The notes: generated by a model not told the origin, from the letters alone. A stretch of 64,000 nucleotides of DNA from an uncultured Gammaproteobacteria bacterium (GCA_964485575.1 CAZAJO010000005.1:1389-65388); one strand, 5' to 3'; shown: positions 27,535-37,883, counted from the stretch's first letter. Made by a program: numbers and translations.

Positions 27535-28542
27535 ATGAAAAAAATAATTGGATTTTTTGCGATTTTTGTTTGCTTACTCACTTTTGTTACCACATCATTT
27601 GCTGATAACAATGAGCATCGGGTGAACCGAGATAACTGGCACGACAACGATGACCACAATGAAAGCAAATGGAAAATTGCTTCTTCATGTGAGATCACTT
27701 ACACGCTAGACAATGTCGGCTATACTCACACTTACGCTCTTACCAATGGTAATAACGGTGCTTTTTCAGGAACAGGAAGTTACAATCCTGACCCTTCATA
27801 CACCGAAACAATTACTGGAAATGTAACGGGCAACGCTGTCACGTTCCATGTCCTCTACACTGGTACAAGTGCAGGTTATACGCTTGATGCAACTGGGGCA
27901 GTTAGTAATACCGGAGTAATTTCCGGTACTGCAACAGATAGTCTTTCACGCTCATTCACTTTTGCAAGCACAGCTTCATGTGCTACAAAGGGAGGTGATG
28001 ACCATCACAATTTGCGACTTGATTGGAGACGTGAGTTGACAGCTTCAAAGTGTAACGCTGTTGGTAGACCTATTGTTAACGTTAGACAAAAGGTCAAAAA
28101 CGACGCAGACTCAGGCTTTGCAGGATATTGGGCAATGGACCAATATACAAGAGAGATAACTGTCTACAAAACTGCAACAGTCGGAACGTATTGCGCGACC
28201 GTAGCGTATGACGGAAAGTTTGTGTCATTTGCAGGCGCGAGCCCAAATAACACAGGGACAATTGCAGCAGGTATAAAGGGAGAAATGAATGGTGGATATA
28301 GATCTACTCTATTTACGGGTACATTACTTGCTACCCCTTTATGGCCAACACATGGAAATGTTGGTACGACTGACTACAATTGCGATAACTTAGGAAATTG
28401 TCCTGGTCGAATCGACTGGACAACAAAGTATTTCTCAACTACATCAGGATTTGAGCTTGCATGGTGGGGTTGGATATACAACACTCAGCATCATGGAACA
28501 TGGATAAATGCCATTTCCGGAAGTGTGGGAGATATTCTTTAA
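27535..28542 (+). CDS. Secreted Thr/Gly-rich hypothetical protein
   Basis: Signal peptide MKKIIGFFAIFVCLLTFVTTSFA; 335 aa, Cys-containing and extracellular-like in composition. Confidence 0.5.
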   Translation: MKKIIGFFAIFVCLLTFVTTSFADNNEHRVNRDNWHDNDDHNESKWKIASSCEITYTLDNVGYTHTYALTNGNNGAFSGTGSYNPDPSYTETITGNVTGNAVTFHVLYTGTSAGYTLDATGAVSNTGVISGTATDSLSRSFTFASTASCATKGGDDHHNLRLDWRRELTASKCNAVGRPIVNVRQKVKNDADSGFAGYWAMDQYTREITVYKTATVGTYCATVAYDGKFVSFAGASPNNTGTIAAGIKGEMNGGYRSTLFTGTLLATPLWPTHGNVGTTDYNCDNLGNCPGRIDWTTKYFSTTSGFELAWWGWIYNTQHHGTWINAISGSVGDIL

Positions 28543-28650
28543 AGGATGTGTCCTAATTGTCGCCTCGCATCTTGTCCCGAGGCGGCAATGGTGAGTGGGG
28601 TTATTTTAATTTTTTTGAGGGTGGCGTTTTTTGCTTTGGAGATAAATTCG

Positions 28651-29034
28651 CTATAAATTTCGTCGGTTTTCGACTTCATCAAATTTAGTATTAGAGTCCT
28701 CTACCAGAGCAGGGTTTGCCAATGCTAATTCATGTCTGATAATAATTCCTGATAATTCAGTGAATAATTCATCCCATGTTTCAACAGATTCAACTAGGGC
28801 CATGTCAAAATCTTTTGGAGTGATTCTCGTCTGGGTAAGCAAAGAGTAAAAAAGTTCAGATGGTGTTGCACTAGATTCTGCTACCGAATCCCTTGCGGCA
28901 TCCCAGTATGTATAAAATTCCTCATATCCATACTCATTTATATAAATTCCTCCCTCGTTATATTTCCTTTCCGCATTAGTTACGAGTCCAGATAATGTAG
29001 GTAATTCCTGAGGTTGTGCATCTATTTCTTTCAT
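28651..29034 (-). CDS. Acidic hypothetical protein
   Basis: 127-aa ORF, highly acidic. Confidence 0.35.
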   Translation of the reverse strand: MKEIDAQPQELPTLSGLVTNAERKYNEGGIYINEYGYEEFYTYWDAARDSVAESSATPSELFYSLLTQTRITPKDFDMALVESVETWDELFTELSGIIIRHELALANPALVEDSNTKFDEVENRRNL

Positions 29035-29164
29035 AAGCTGATTGTAGCACCAACTTTTTCTAAAACAAGAATGTTTCTTGAGACTTTATTGCAAGTTTTT
29101 TAATTTTGAGTTTTTGTCCTCTTTCCTTATAAAATAAATGTGATCTGTCTCACTGTAAATATTT

Positions 29165-29635
29165 TTGCTTTTTTATACTATGTATATAATGAAAATTCTT
29201 AAGATCCTTTTTTTCACAATTATTTTTCTTGTTATTCCAATCAAAGTGCATGCGGAAGGGATTTATACAACCGATAAGCTAATTACTGTTGATACCGGAA
29301 AGCAGAGGCTTTATGCATGGGAAGGGGGACACATTCTCAAAGAATTTAAAGTTTCGACCGGAATGCGATATACTCCTACGGTCAGAGGCAGTTTTTCAAT
29401 CCGCACAAAAATTGAAAAGCAAGACATGAAGGGAAGCTTCCCACCTTATGAGCCTTACTTTATCAAAGATGTTCCCAATGTTATGTACTTTTATGGGGCG
29501 TATGCAATTCACGGAACCTTCTGGCACAATAAATTTGGGTCCCGAGCTTCCCACGGGTGTGTCAATTTACCGGTGGCGGATGCAAAATGGGTTTATGACT
29601 GGGCCCCCGTCGGAACCCGAGTAGAAGTTTTTTGA
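29165..29635 (+). CDS. L,D-transpeptidase (YkuD catalytic domain)
   Basis: Signal peptide/TM plus the catalytic motif SRASHGCVNLP (the HxxxxxxSHGC of L,D-transpeptidases). Confidence 0.8.
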   Translation: MLFYTMYIMKILKILFFTIIFLVIPIKVHAEGIYTTDKLITVDTGKQRLYAWEGGHILKEFKVSTGMRYTPTVRGSFSIRTKIEKQDMKGSFPPYEPYFIKDVPNVMYFYGAYAIHGTFWHNKFGSRASHGCVNLPVADAKWVYDWAPVGTRVEVF

Positions 29636-29637
29636 GC

Positions 29638-30141
29638 TTATTTTAATTTTTTAAGAAATAGTTGTTCTCTTTCCGAATATTGCATTCCAAGCTCGGCAGC
29701 AAGTGCTTCGTATCTTGGTTTTACCATGGCAGAAACAGCTACCTCAACTCCTTCGATCATATAAGCAGGAGGCATGTACATTTCTCTATATGGGCTTTCT
29801 GGATGAGTAGCAATTTCATGGATTTGATCGGCAAAAAGTCGCACCACATGAACTCCACTTACTACTCTATACCCTTCTTGCCTTGTTGCTCCCTGAAATT
29901 GGAGTATAGAAAGAGCATCGCCCTCGTCTCCCATGCTTGCAACAAATCCCTCACGTCCTTTATATCGAAGTATAAGACTCAAATCCCCGGTTGTTGGGGT
30001 TCGAAGAACAGATCTTTCATCTCCTTTTAACAAACCCAACTCCAGTCTTTGAGCATCAACAGGAGGTGCAATTTCCCTCTTTATATACCTTCCTAAATCT
30101 TCCGGTATTAGTGGTTGATAATATTCTCCTGGTCTTGTCAT
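29638..30141 (-). CDS. Hypothetical protein
   Basis: 167-aa ORF with no recognised motif. Confidence 0.4.
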   Translation of the reverse strand: MTRPGEYYQPLIPEDLGRYIKREIAPPVDAQRLELGLLKGDERSVLRTPTTGDLSLILRYKGREGFVASMGDEGDALSILQFQGATRQEGYRVVSGVHVVRLFADQIHEIATHPESPYREMYMPPAYMIEGVEVAVSAMVKPRYEALAAELGMQYSEREQLFLKKLK

Positions 30142-30362
30142 AAGGAGAAATTATATCACACAATCAAGAATTTTGAGGTTAATTTTCTTTTTTTCTGTCA
30201 ATCCTTTCCTGTACTTTTGAACAAAATTATCTTTGTAAAAGCTCCTTCTCGTTGTGTCATAAGGTCTTTACATACCCACCTTGTTACATTGCACTGTAGC
30301 ACTGTAACAATGTAATGATTTTGGAGTCTGTACAAAAATCGTGCTAATATAATAATTCAGTT

Positions 30363-30701
30363 ATGGCGACACTTCAGTCAACTGTGGACTTTATAACTTC
30401 TCAAATAGACAACGCGGGGATGATAACCAGTCGCAAGATGTTTGGGGAATATGCACTTTATTGTGAAGGGAAAGTCATCGCATTTGTCTGTGACGACTCA
30501 TTATTTCTCAAACCTACAAAAGAGGCAAAGGAATTTTTCCCTGAATCACAAGACGCTCCTGCCTACCCCGGGTCAAAAATGTATATGTTAATTCCGGAGG
30601 AGAAATGGGAAGACAGAGAATTCATGTCAGAACTTGTAACTATTACCTATTCCGCTCTTCCAGCAGTCATACCAAAACGAGTTAAAAAGTTAAAGAGTTA
30701 A
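30363..30701 (+). CDS. TfoX N-terminal domain family protein
   Basis: RKMFGEYALYCEGKVIAFVCDDSLFLK matches the TfoX/Sxy N-terminal domain signature. Confidence 0.6.
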   Translation: MATLQSTVDFITSQIDNAGMITSRKMFGEYALYCEGKVIAFVCDDSLFLKPTKEAKEFFPESQDAPAYPGSKMYMLIPEEKWEDREFMSELVTITYSALPAVIPKRVKKLKS

Positions 30702-30722
30702 AGATTATTTTAATCTCAAATG

Positions 30723-31625
30723 TTATAAGGATTGATCTCCTTGAAGTATTTTTATTGCGCGGTCCTTGTCATGTCTGAAGAGAAATCTCCTTTTATGTGA
30801 TACTCTATTTTTTTTATCAATCTGACTTTCTACCATACCAACAGGAACTTTACCTGAAAGTGCTTCAAAATGTCTTGTCTGATTATTTCTATATCGAAGC
30901 CCTGCTTCATCTACAAGCTCTTTTAGGGTCATAAGGCACCCGGAAGGACCAATATTATGTCTATAAAAACTCATCCGTACTTTGTCTAATAATTCTTGCG
31001 CTCTTTCATCAGACATTTGGGGTTCTTTCAATGCTTCATTGATTTCGCGAGCTATATCCAATCCCACAAGTTGATGGGGTATATTGATATTTAACTCTCT
31101 CAATAATCGTCTTCTACTGCTTGCCTCTTCAATCGTCAAACCAAATTCCAACATGACTCCTTGAGCAGTTGCGCCTGTTTTTACGCTCTGAATTATTTTA
31201 TCTACCCCGGTCCCTCTTGATATTGACGATTTTACTTTTGCCCAACCTGTACGAGGTTTTGCTAGCCGTAATTCTTCAAGGGGATATTGAGCTTGTAAAT
31301 CTTCAGGGCTGTATTGATGTAAAAGCCTAACTGCAATATCCCTTCTTCCATAAACGTAAGATTCTGTACCGAAATATTTTTCACCGATATCTTTTGCAGA
31401 AAGTGGTGTATTAAAATAATCATCCGCTACAAGCAAACTTTGGACCCTATCTTTTCTTTTGTCTCCCTCAACGGATGAGAGTACTGCATCATAAACACCT
31501 AATTCGCGAGCTCTATTTAAGAACTCTAACGTATCCGAATACGGTCGCTTACAAGGAGGACATGTTTCAGAAGCACTATAAACTTCCGTATTATTTGGTG
31601 ATATGTGTGATAAGTCTACTTCCAT
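30723..31625 (-). CDS. Hypothetical protein
   Basis: 300-aa ORF with no recognised motif. Confidence 0.4.
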   Translation of the reverse strand: MEVDLSHISPNNTEVYSASETCPPCKRPYSDTLEFLNRARELGVYDAVLSSVEGDKRKDRVQSLLVADDYFNTPLSAKDIGEKYFGTESYVYGRRDIAVRLLHQYSPEDLQAQYPLEELRLAKPRTGWAKVKSSISRGTGVDKIIQSVKTGATAQGVMLEFGLTIEEASSRRRLLRELNINIPHQLVGLDIAREINEALKEPQMSDERAQELLDKVRMSFYRHNIGPSGCLMTLKELVDEAGLRYRNNQTRHFEALSGKVPVGMVESQIDKKNRVSHKRRFLFRHDKDRAIKILQGDQSL

Positions 31626-31686
31626 ACAAAAAAGATCAAGGAGGTATAGTAGCAGATTACAGGATGAAATTCAATATCTTTTGAGG

Positions 31687-32343
31687 CTAGATCGGCTTGA
31701 GAATTTCTTTGAAATCATTTTGAGGTTTGTTGACTAGAGAACTTATTTGCCACGCCTTCATTTTGTCTGAAGGAAATGGGTCTAGAAATTTTTCTATTCG
31801 CTCCTGCTCAATCATGTCAGGATCCAACCACTCATCCTCCTCTTCCCGAGATAAAATAACAGGCATTCTGTCATGAATTGGCTTCATGATGCTATTTGGA
31901 ACAGTTGTAATTATGGCAAATGATAATAATTTTTTCCCATCAATTTCAGTCTCATTGTAAATTCCAGCGAATGCAAAAACATCTTCATCAACAAGTTTTA
32001 TAGCATAAGGAATCTTAATATCCGGTTTTCTCTGCCATTCAAAGAAAAAAGATGCAGGGACTAGGCACCGACGCTCAATAACTGATTTTTTGAACATCGT
32101 CTTTTCAAAAATAGTCTCGGCCCTTGCATTTATGACATAACCTTTATTTTCTTTCGCCCAAAAAGGTAACATCCCAAATTGCATCAATTGCACTTTTTTT
32201 GGAGAATTTCTTGTAATTATTGGAGCTTCTTGAGATGGGGCTAAATTGTATCTGGTGGTGTTATGAACAGTCGCACTTTCTATTTCAAAGCGTCGCCAAG
32301 AGTCTCCTGTCAACATGAATCCATACCTTCCACACATAATCAC
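31687..32343 (-). CDS. SOS-response-associated peptidase (SRAP/YedK/HMCES, DUF159) abasic-site processing protein
   Basis: N-terminal MCGRY with the catalytic Cys2, at typical SRAP length and with the conserved core. Confidence 0.8.
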   Translation of the reverse strand: MIMCGRYGFMLTGDSWRRFEIESATVHNTTRYNLAPSQEAPIITRNSPKKVQLMQFGMLPFWAKENKGYVINARAETIFEKTMFKKSVIERRCLVPASFFFEWQRKPDIKIPYAIKLVDEDVFAFAGIYNETEIDGKKLLSFAIITTVPNSIMKPIHDRMPVILSREEEDEWLDPDMIEQERIEKFLDPFPSDKMKAWQISSLVNKPQNDFKEILKPI

Positions 32344-32478
32344 ATTATAAACCTACATTGCTATCACATCGAGCAGGGAGGTGATGGAAAGAGAGGTCCG
32401 CAAGGGGAAATTATAGCATGATCAATAAAAATTATACTCCAGGATGATGTTCAAGTTCAAAAGTGGTATAATCCACGC

Positions 32479-33030
32479 ATGAAAGATAGAGAACCCATTT
32501 TTGGGCCACCCAAAAACCCTATTGAAATTGTCTCGTCTGAGACTGGTATTTCCTTGCGTCAATTGACGCCTGATGACGCTCGCGTGGCATTTGATCTGAT
32601 TGATCGCAATCGAGAGCATTTATCTCAATTTGGTGACGTCACCGCAAGAAATTACGTGACGTATGATCAGATGTTAAATAGCATCATTCTCCCTAGAAAT
32701 CCATTTCGCCTCAGATTTGGCATTAGAAATGCTGAAGGAATATATGTTGGCAGTATCAACGTAACTCCACAGGTAGAAACACGAACCGTTGGTGAGATAG
32801 GATACTATATCGGAGAAGAATTTCAGGGAAATGGTTACACTAATTCTGCCGTTGAAGCACTCTCTGCCTACGCTTTCGAAAATTTAGGGTATGAAGAGCT
32901 TTTTGGCTCTGTTGTTGATGGAAATACCGGTTCTGTTAGAGTTCTTCAAAAGGCAGGGTATATTGAACGTGAAAGACTAACTTTAAATGACACAGTCCTT
33001 ATCCAATTATATAAAGTAAAACCGGTCTAG
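32479..33030 (+). CDS. GNAT family N-acetyltransferase (RimJ/RimL-like)
   Basis: GNAT acetyl-CoA binding core (...GYYIGEEFQGNGYTNSAVEAL...); 183 aa. Confidence 0.75.
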   Translation: MKDREPIFGPPKNPIEIVSSETGISLRQLTPDDARVAFDLIDRNREHLSQFGDVTARNYVTYDQMLNSIILPRNPFRLRFGIRNAEGIYVGSINVTPQVETRTVGEIGYYIGEEFQGNGYTNSAVEALSAYAFENLGYEELFGSVVDGNTGSVRVLQKAGYIERERLTLNDTVLIQLYKVKPV

Positions 33031-33668
33031 CAGTGGCCTTCGGGGATTGTAATAATTACAGTTGTATATCCAAAAGCCTTGATAAGAGCAGTTAATTGAT
33101 TACGGGCGTTAGTTGCAGCACTTTGCAAAATCCCACCCTCGCAAGCTGCCGTTCTAATGGAATTTTCTGCAGAAAGTCTAGCTACTGACTCCAGATCCTT
33201 ATCCCCTTGAGTCAGGTATCCTAACTTTCTGTCATAAACTCTCGTCTTTTCATTATCAAGTCTGGCAACAAGTATTTCAGGTGCAGGAAGTGTAAGCTTC
33301 ACCGTTGATCCCTCAATTTTAATATCATTTTCACTAAGTTTTGAGAGATCAATCCCTCCTGTCACTTTTCCGTTTGCTATCAGTAAAATTTTATCTCCAA
33401 AAAGTACTTGCTTAAATGCGTTATCCTCATTTTTTCCTGCCTCTATGATCTTTTCTACGCTAAATTCTGCAGACTCGTATCTGTTGAGTGAGCGGATTTG
33501 AGTTATTACCGACTCACCATTTTTGATGGTTACAGATGGCTTTTTAGGCTTTAATAGAAAATAAATACCACTAATGAGAATGATGGTTAAAATAAAGAGG
33601 AAAATAATTTGAGTGCTTGAGAATAGTTTTTTCGAAACTATTGGAGATTTTACCTTATCCTCTTCCAT
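33027..33668 (-). CDS. DUF4230-like membrane-anchored protein
   Basis: N-terminal TM helix followed by a soluble domain. The family call is from memory of the DUF4230 architecture. Confidence 0.5.
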   Translation of the reverse strand: MEEDKVKSPIVSKKLFSSTQIIFLFILTIILISGIYFLLKPKKPSVTIKNGESVITQIRSLNRYESAEFSVEKIIEAGKNEDNAFKQVLFGDKILLIANGKVTGGIDLSKLSENDIKIEGSTVKLTLPAPEILVARLDNEKTRVYDRKLGYLTQGDKDLESVARLSAENSIRTAACEGGILQSAATNARNQLTALIKAFGYTTVIITIPEGHC

Positions 33669-33772
33669 ACAAATAGTATACCATGCGACCTATATATGAA
33701 ACTTGGAAAAGTCTCACTCTACTGCTGCTACTATTGACTTCCTACCTATAAAATTGTTCTAATTAATATGAT

Positions 33773-34930
33773 ATGAAAAAATCCGGACATAAAAAAAAGC
33801 TAGCCAAACGTAGTAATTCCAAATCAATTTCTGTAGTTCGCTTTCGGTATATCAGTATCGGTTTGGGTCTTGTTGCCTTAATTATCGCAGGAAACCTACT
33901 CATTTCTGCCTCAAGCACAGTACATGTCCTGGGCACTTCAACAAGCAATCTACTTGCACGAGGTGGTGATGAATCGCACGATGAGAGTGAATCGTCCGGG
34001 CAACATTCTGATAACAGTAATTCCGGGAGTAGTAGTTCTAATTCAAACTCAGATTCTCCTTCTACAACCAACGACAAACAAACCTCAGCAAGCACAACTA
34101 CAGATAGTGGTCCTTCTCAAAGCACAAAGGTAGATTGTGTCGGCCCAGATGGAAAGCATTTTGTTACAAGTTTTCACGATTGTCAGGAATTGAACGTAAA
34201 ATGGAATAATAGTAATTTTAAATTCACCGTTGTTAGCAACGCCTCCTCAGGCACTAGTAAAATTGTGTCTGCAAATGAAGTCAAAGAACATAGTGAACCA
34301 AAGACAAAAACTCTCGAAATAAAAACAGAAAATACCAAAACGGAAGTGAATTTAGAAAAAAATGGCAGACATATAGAGATCAAAAAGGAGGACGACGGCA
34401 AACTCCACATAAGCTCTAAAGATGAGGATGGGACAGAAGTTGAGCTTGAACAATCCGACGCATTGGAGAAGCTGAATGATTCACTTAAAGATCAGGGTAT
34501 AGAAATAGGGACCGGATCTGCATCCAAATTTACTTTCAAAGCAGGCAAGGTCGAAACTCATACCGATTTTCCACTATCAGTTGATCCATCAACCAACCAA
34601 CTATCAGTTACCACTCCAAGCGGTACTCATGAACTGACTATCCTTCCCGATCATGCTATTCAAAACCTGCTTGATCTTAAGGTTTTTTCGAATATCCTAT
34701 CTACCGCTGATTCCAACACAGCAAGCGCTGAAGCATCGAATAATATCGTCGGACTTACAGAAATTGATAATCAGCCGGCATTTGAAATCGAGGGAGTGGC
34801 AAATAAAAAACTGTTAGGTATATTCCCAGTAGCATTCACCAAGAAAGTTTTTGTTTCATCGGATAACGGTAAAATTCTGAAGACAGAGCAACCAACATTT
34901 GACAACTTCCTCGAGAAAATTTCCTTTTAA
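33773..34930 (+). CDS. Secreted Ser-rich hypothetical protein
   Basis: TM/signal anchor, then a low-complexity Ser/Asn-rich linker and a C-terminal domain. Confidence 0.45.
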   Translation: MKKSGHKKKLAKRSNSKSISVVRFRYISIGLGLVALIIAGNLLISASSTVHVLGTSTSNLLARGGDESHDESESSGQHSDNSNSGSSSSNSNSDSPSTTNDKQTSASTTTDSGPSQSTKVDCVGPDGKHFVTSFHDCQELNVKWNNSNFKFTVVSNASSGTSKIVSANEVKEHSEPKTKTLEIKTENTKTEVNLEKNGRHIEIKKEDDGKLHISSKDEDGTEVELEQSDALEKLNDSLKDQGIEIGTGSASKFTFKAGKVETHTDFPLSVDPSTNQLSVTTPSGTHELTILPDHAIQNLLDLKVFSNILSTADSNTASAEASNNIVGLTEIDNQPAFEIEGVANKKLLGIFPVAFTKKVFVSSDNGKILKTEQPTFDNFLEKISF

Positions 34931-34942
34931 CTTTTACCAAAA

Positions 34943-35668
34943 TCAAATACCTGAGACGTGGAAGAGGCGTCCGATAGAGTACGTCACAACCATTGCGATA
35001 ACTCCCCCACCTACAACTCTAATCGTTGCACGAAGTGAACTAGCCCCACCAATCTTTGCACTTATTACCCCGGTTGCTGCAAGGGCAACGACAACTGAAG
35101 CAAAAGCAACCGGCACCCGAAGACTTGCCGGTGGAAGAATTATTGCAACAAGTGGGATAAGTGCTCCTGCTAAAAACGCACAGGCTGATGCAATGGCCGC
35201 GTGCCACGGGTTTGTCAGATTGTCTGGATCAATACCAAGCTCTATATCAACGTGAGCTGCAAAAGCATCTTTTTTTGTAAGCTCTTTAGCAACAACTGTT
35301 GCAGTCTTTTTGCTCAAACCTTTACGCTCATACAAAGAGATAAGCTCTAGTAATTCTGCGTCAGGAAAATTTTTCAACTCATCCCTCTCTTTTTTAAGTA
35401 GAGCATGCTCTGTGTCTCTTGAACTACTGACTGATACATACTCCCCTGCAGCCATAGATATTGCACCAGCAATGATTCCTGCAATGCCTGCAGTTATAAT
35501 GGCACCAGATGAGCTTGTTGCACCTGCTACGCCAAGGACAAGACCAGCGATAGATACTATCCCATCATTTGCTCCAAGAACTGATGCGCGAAGCCAGTTG
35601 AGTTTGCCTACCGTGCTTTGAGCATGGGGCTCTATATTTGAAAATGCTTGTTGTGTTGAGATAGACAT
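34943..35668 (-). CDS. VIT1/CCC1 family iron/manganese transporter
   Basis: VLGANDGIVSIAGLVLGVAGA signature of the VIT family, with C-terminal TM helices. Confidence 0.75.
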   Translation of the reverse strand: MSISTQQAFSNIEPHAQSTVGKLNWLRASVLGANDGIVSIAGLVLGVAGATSSSGAIITAGIAGIIAGAISMAAGEYVSVSSSRDTEHALLKKERDELKNFPDAELLELISLYERKGLSKKTATVVAKELTKKDAFAAHVDIELGIDPDNLTNPWHAAIASACAFLAGALIPLVAIILPPASLRVPVAFASVVVALAATGVISAKIGGASSLRATIRVVGGGVIAMVVTYSIGRLFHVSGI

Positions 35669-35738
35669 ATTTTCTTTATTGTATACCTACATTCACATCC
35701 GTTGTGTGATCTAGATCATTTGACTTGATACATAAGAA

Positions 35739-36308
35739 GTGCAATCATTTATTATGGCACAAAATGAGTCCATCCAATTTCCTGAGCCACCGATTTCAAG
35801 ATATATATTTTCGGATGTAAAAATGTCATGGCTATGGCTTCTACTCCGTTTGTATGTAGGATATGCGTGGCTTAGTGCAGGTTGGGGAAAAGTAACAAAT
35901 CCTGCTTGGTTTGGGCCTGAGGCAGGAAAGGCACTTACTGGATTTCTCATGGGTTCTCTTGAAAAAACATCAGGTGCTCATCCTGACGTAAGCGGTTGGT
36001 ACGCAGAATTCATCAAAAGCGTTGCACTTCCTAACGCTGCCGTGTTTTCCCATGTTGTTGCACTTGGAGAGCTTCTCGTCGGAATTGGATTAATCTTGGG
36101 TATTTTTACCGGAATTGCCGCATTCTTTGGAGCATTTATGAATATGAATTTCCTTTTTGCCGGAGCCGTGAGCACCAACCCATTACTTTTTATAATTCAA
36201 CTACTCTTAGTCCTTGCATGGAGAACGGCTGGCTGGATAGGAGTCGACCGCTATTTATTACCTGTTCTTGGAACTCCTTGGAAAAAAGGGAAACTCTTCA
36301 AAAAATAG
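35739..36308 (+). CDS. DoxX family membrane protein
   Basis: LLRLYVGYAWLSAGWGK signature and four TM helices. Confidence 0.7.
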   Translation: MQSFIMAQNESIQFPEPPISRYIFSDVKMSWLWLLLRLYVGYAWLSAGWGKVTNPAWFGPEAGKALTGFLMGSLEKTSGAHPDVSGWYAEFIKSVALPNAAVFSHVVALGELLVGIGLILGIFTGIAAFFGAFMNMNFLFAGAVSTNPLLFIIQLLLVLAWRTAGWIGVDRYLLPVLGTPWKKGKLFKK

Positions 36309-36309
36309 A

Positions 36310-36615
36310 TCAGCTTTTCTTAAGCGGAGTATAGACTTTCTTTTTAGTGGTTGTTGTAGACTTCTTTTTAACTGGCATTGACGATTTTGGGGTCTTTTTC
36401 TCTTTACTTTGAGAGCCTGCAAATTCTTCAACTTTCTTTTTAACAGTCATTCCAATCTTTACTGCCTCATCTGAGACTTCATCGATCGTTTTTTTGATTT
36501 TTTCTTGATTCTTTTTATTGGATAGGTATACTGCAGCAGCACCTAATGCTGCGCCAGCAATTGCAGATCCTACAGCAACTGCTTCGCCAACTGTTTGTTT
36601 TTTCTTTTTTCCCAT
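36310..36615 (-). CDS. Lys-rich hypothetical protein with one TM helix
   Basis: The annotated ORF 36310..36687 overlaps metK by 65 nt. The internal start MGKKKKQ at 36615 removes the overlap. Confidence 0.4.
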   Translation of the reverse strand: MGKKKKQTVGEAVAVGSAIAGAALGAAAVYLSNKKNQEKIKKTIDEVSDEAVKIGMTVKKKVEEFAGSQSKEKKTPKSSMPVKKKSTTTTKKKVYTPLKKS

Positions 36616-36622
36616 AACGTCA

Positions 36623-37750
36623 TTATACACCACTCTTTCCAGTTGAGATCTTTTCCCAAGGAAAACCTGTGCGACCGAAGTGACCATAGGCAGCAGTTGA
36701 GCTGTAAATCGGTCGTGCCAACTTTAACGTTTCGATAATAGACCTGACTGACGTATCAATGAGCTTATCCTTAAAATCAAATAGCGCCTTCTCACTCACA
36801 GTAGATGTACCGAAGGTCTCAATTGTCTGCATTAGAGGTCTTGGCTGCCCTATGACATATGCAAGACCAACTTCACATTTTGTAGCAAGACCAGATGCTA
36901 CAATATTTTTTGCGATATAACGGGCAGCATATGCTCCTGATCTGTCGACTTTACTAGGATCTTTTCCAGAGAAAGCGCCACCACCAACCCGCGCGTATCC
37001 TCCATATGTGTCAACGACAATCTTTCTACCCGTAAGTCCAGCATCTGACTCCGGACCTGGGATATGCCACAATCCTGTACCGTTAATAGTTATGTCTGAG
37101 TCTTTCGGAAGCTCTAGTTTGTATTTTCTAAGAACGGGTCTGAAGACATTTTTGATGATCTCATCCCTAACTTGATCAGCTTCCGTCTTTTCATCATGGG
37201 CAACTGCTGCAACGAGTTTTTCTATCCCAATCGGGATACCTTTTTCGTATTTGACTGTCACTTGAGCTTTCCCATCTGGGCGTAGCCATTTCAATATTTT
37301 CTTCTCCCTCACCTCATCTATGCGCTCAACTAAAGCATGTGCCATTCTTATGGGTAAGGGCATCAACTCAGGTGTTTCATTACAGGCATACCCAAACATC
37401 ATGCCTTGATCTCCTGCTCCATCAAGGTCAACACCCATTGCAATTTCTGGAGATTGAGCGTGTATACTGTTGGTGAAAGAAGATTTCTGGCTGAATCCCC
37501 ATGCGGGAACAGTATACCCAAGTTCCTTTACTTTATTTCTGGCTATTTTTTCAAAATTGATTTTTGACTTAGTTCTTATCTCACCAAAAAGACAAATTTG
37601 ATTTGCACCGGCAACAGTCTCTATGCCACATCTGGAATTTGGGTCAGAGGCAAGAGCTGCATCCACAATTGCGTCACTTATCTGATCGCAAATCTTGTCG
37701 GGATGTCCTGCACAAACTGATTCTGAAGTAAAAAGGTAATTCTTTGACAT
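36623..37750 (-). CDS. metK: S-adenosylmethionine synthetase MetK
   Basis: GHPDKICDQISDAIVDA signature. The true start is probably the ATG at 37750 (MSKNYLFTSESV), not the upstream TTG at 37768. Confidence 0.9.
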   Translation of the reverse strand: MSKNYLFTSESVCAGHPDKICDQISDAIVDAALASDPNSRCGIETVAGANQICLFGEIRTKSKINFEKIARNKVKELGYTVPAWGFSQKSSFTNSIHAQSPEIAMGVDLDGAGDQGMMFGYACNETPELMPLPIRMAHALVERIDEVREKKILKWLRPDGKAQVTVKYEKGIPIGIEKLVAAVAHDEKTEADQVRDEIIKNVFRPVLRKYKLELPKDSDITINGTGLWHIPGPESDAGLTGRKIVVDTYGGYARVGGGAFSGKDPSKVDRSGAYAARYIAKNIVASGLATKCEVGLAYVIGQPRPLMQTIETFGTSTVSEKALFDFKDKLIDTSVRSIIETLKLARPIYSSTAAYGHFGRTGFPWEKISTGKSGV

Positions 37751-37757
37751 AATTTTT

Positions 37758-37846
37758 TCCTTGGGCAAGGACGCATCGCTTTGGCAAGCTTGGCACCGAT
37801 AAATTTACGGTTGCCGTTCGTAGCTATACGAAACTCTTGATGCAGA
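37758..37846 (-). promoter_or_regulatory. Candidate SAM-I-family (S-box-like) riboswitch with SD-sequestering hairpin in the metK leader
   Basis: The minus-strand leader reads UCUGCAUCAAGAG...CGGCAACC...GGUGCCAA...AAAGCGAUGCG. It shares the exact octamers AUCAAGAG, CGGCAACC and GGUGCCAA, in the same order, with the canonical yitJ/metF S-box, as I recall it. P1 pairs GCAUC with GAUGC, and UCCUU/AAGGA pairing sequesters the SD. Confidence 0.4.
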
Positions 37847-37883
37847 TATTATTTAAACAAATTGGGAAAAGAAAAACAAGAGA

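Noticed and set aside
36310-36687. 65-nt overlap between the annotated 125-aa ORF and metK
   Set aside because: Using the internal Met start MGKKKKQ at 36615 resolves the overlap. It is not a genuine gene overlap or frameshift.
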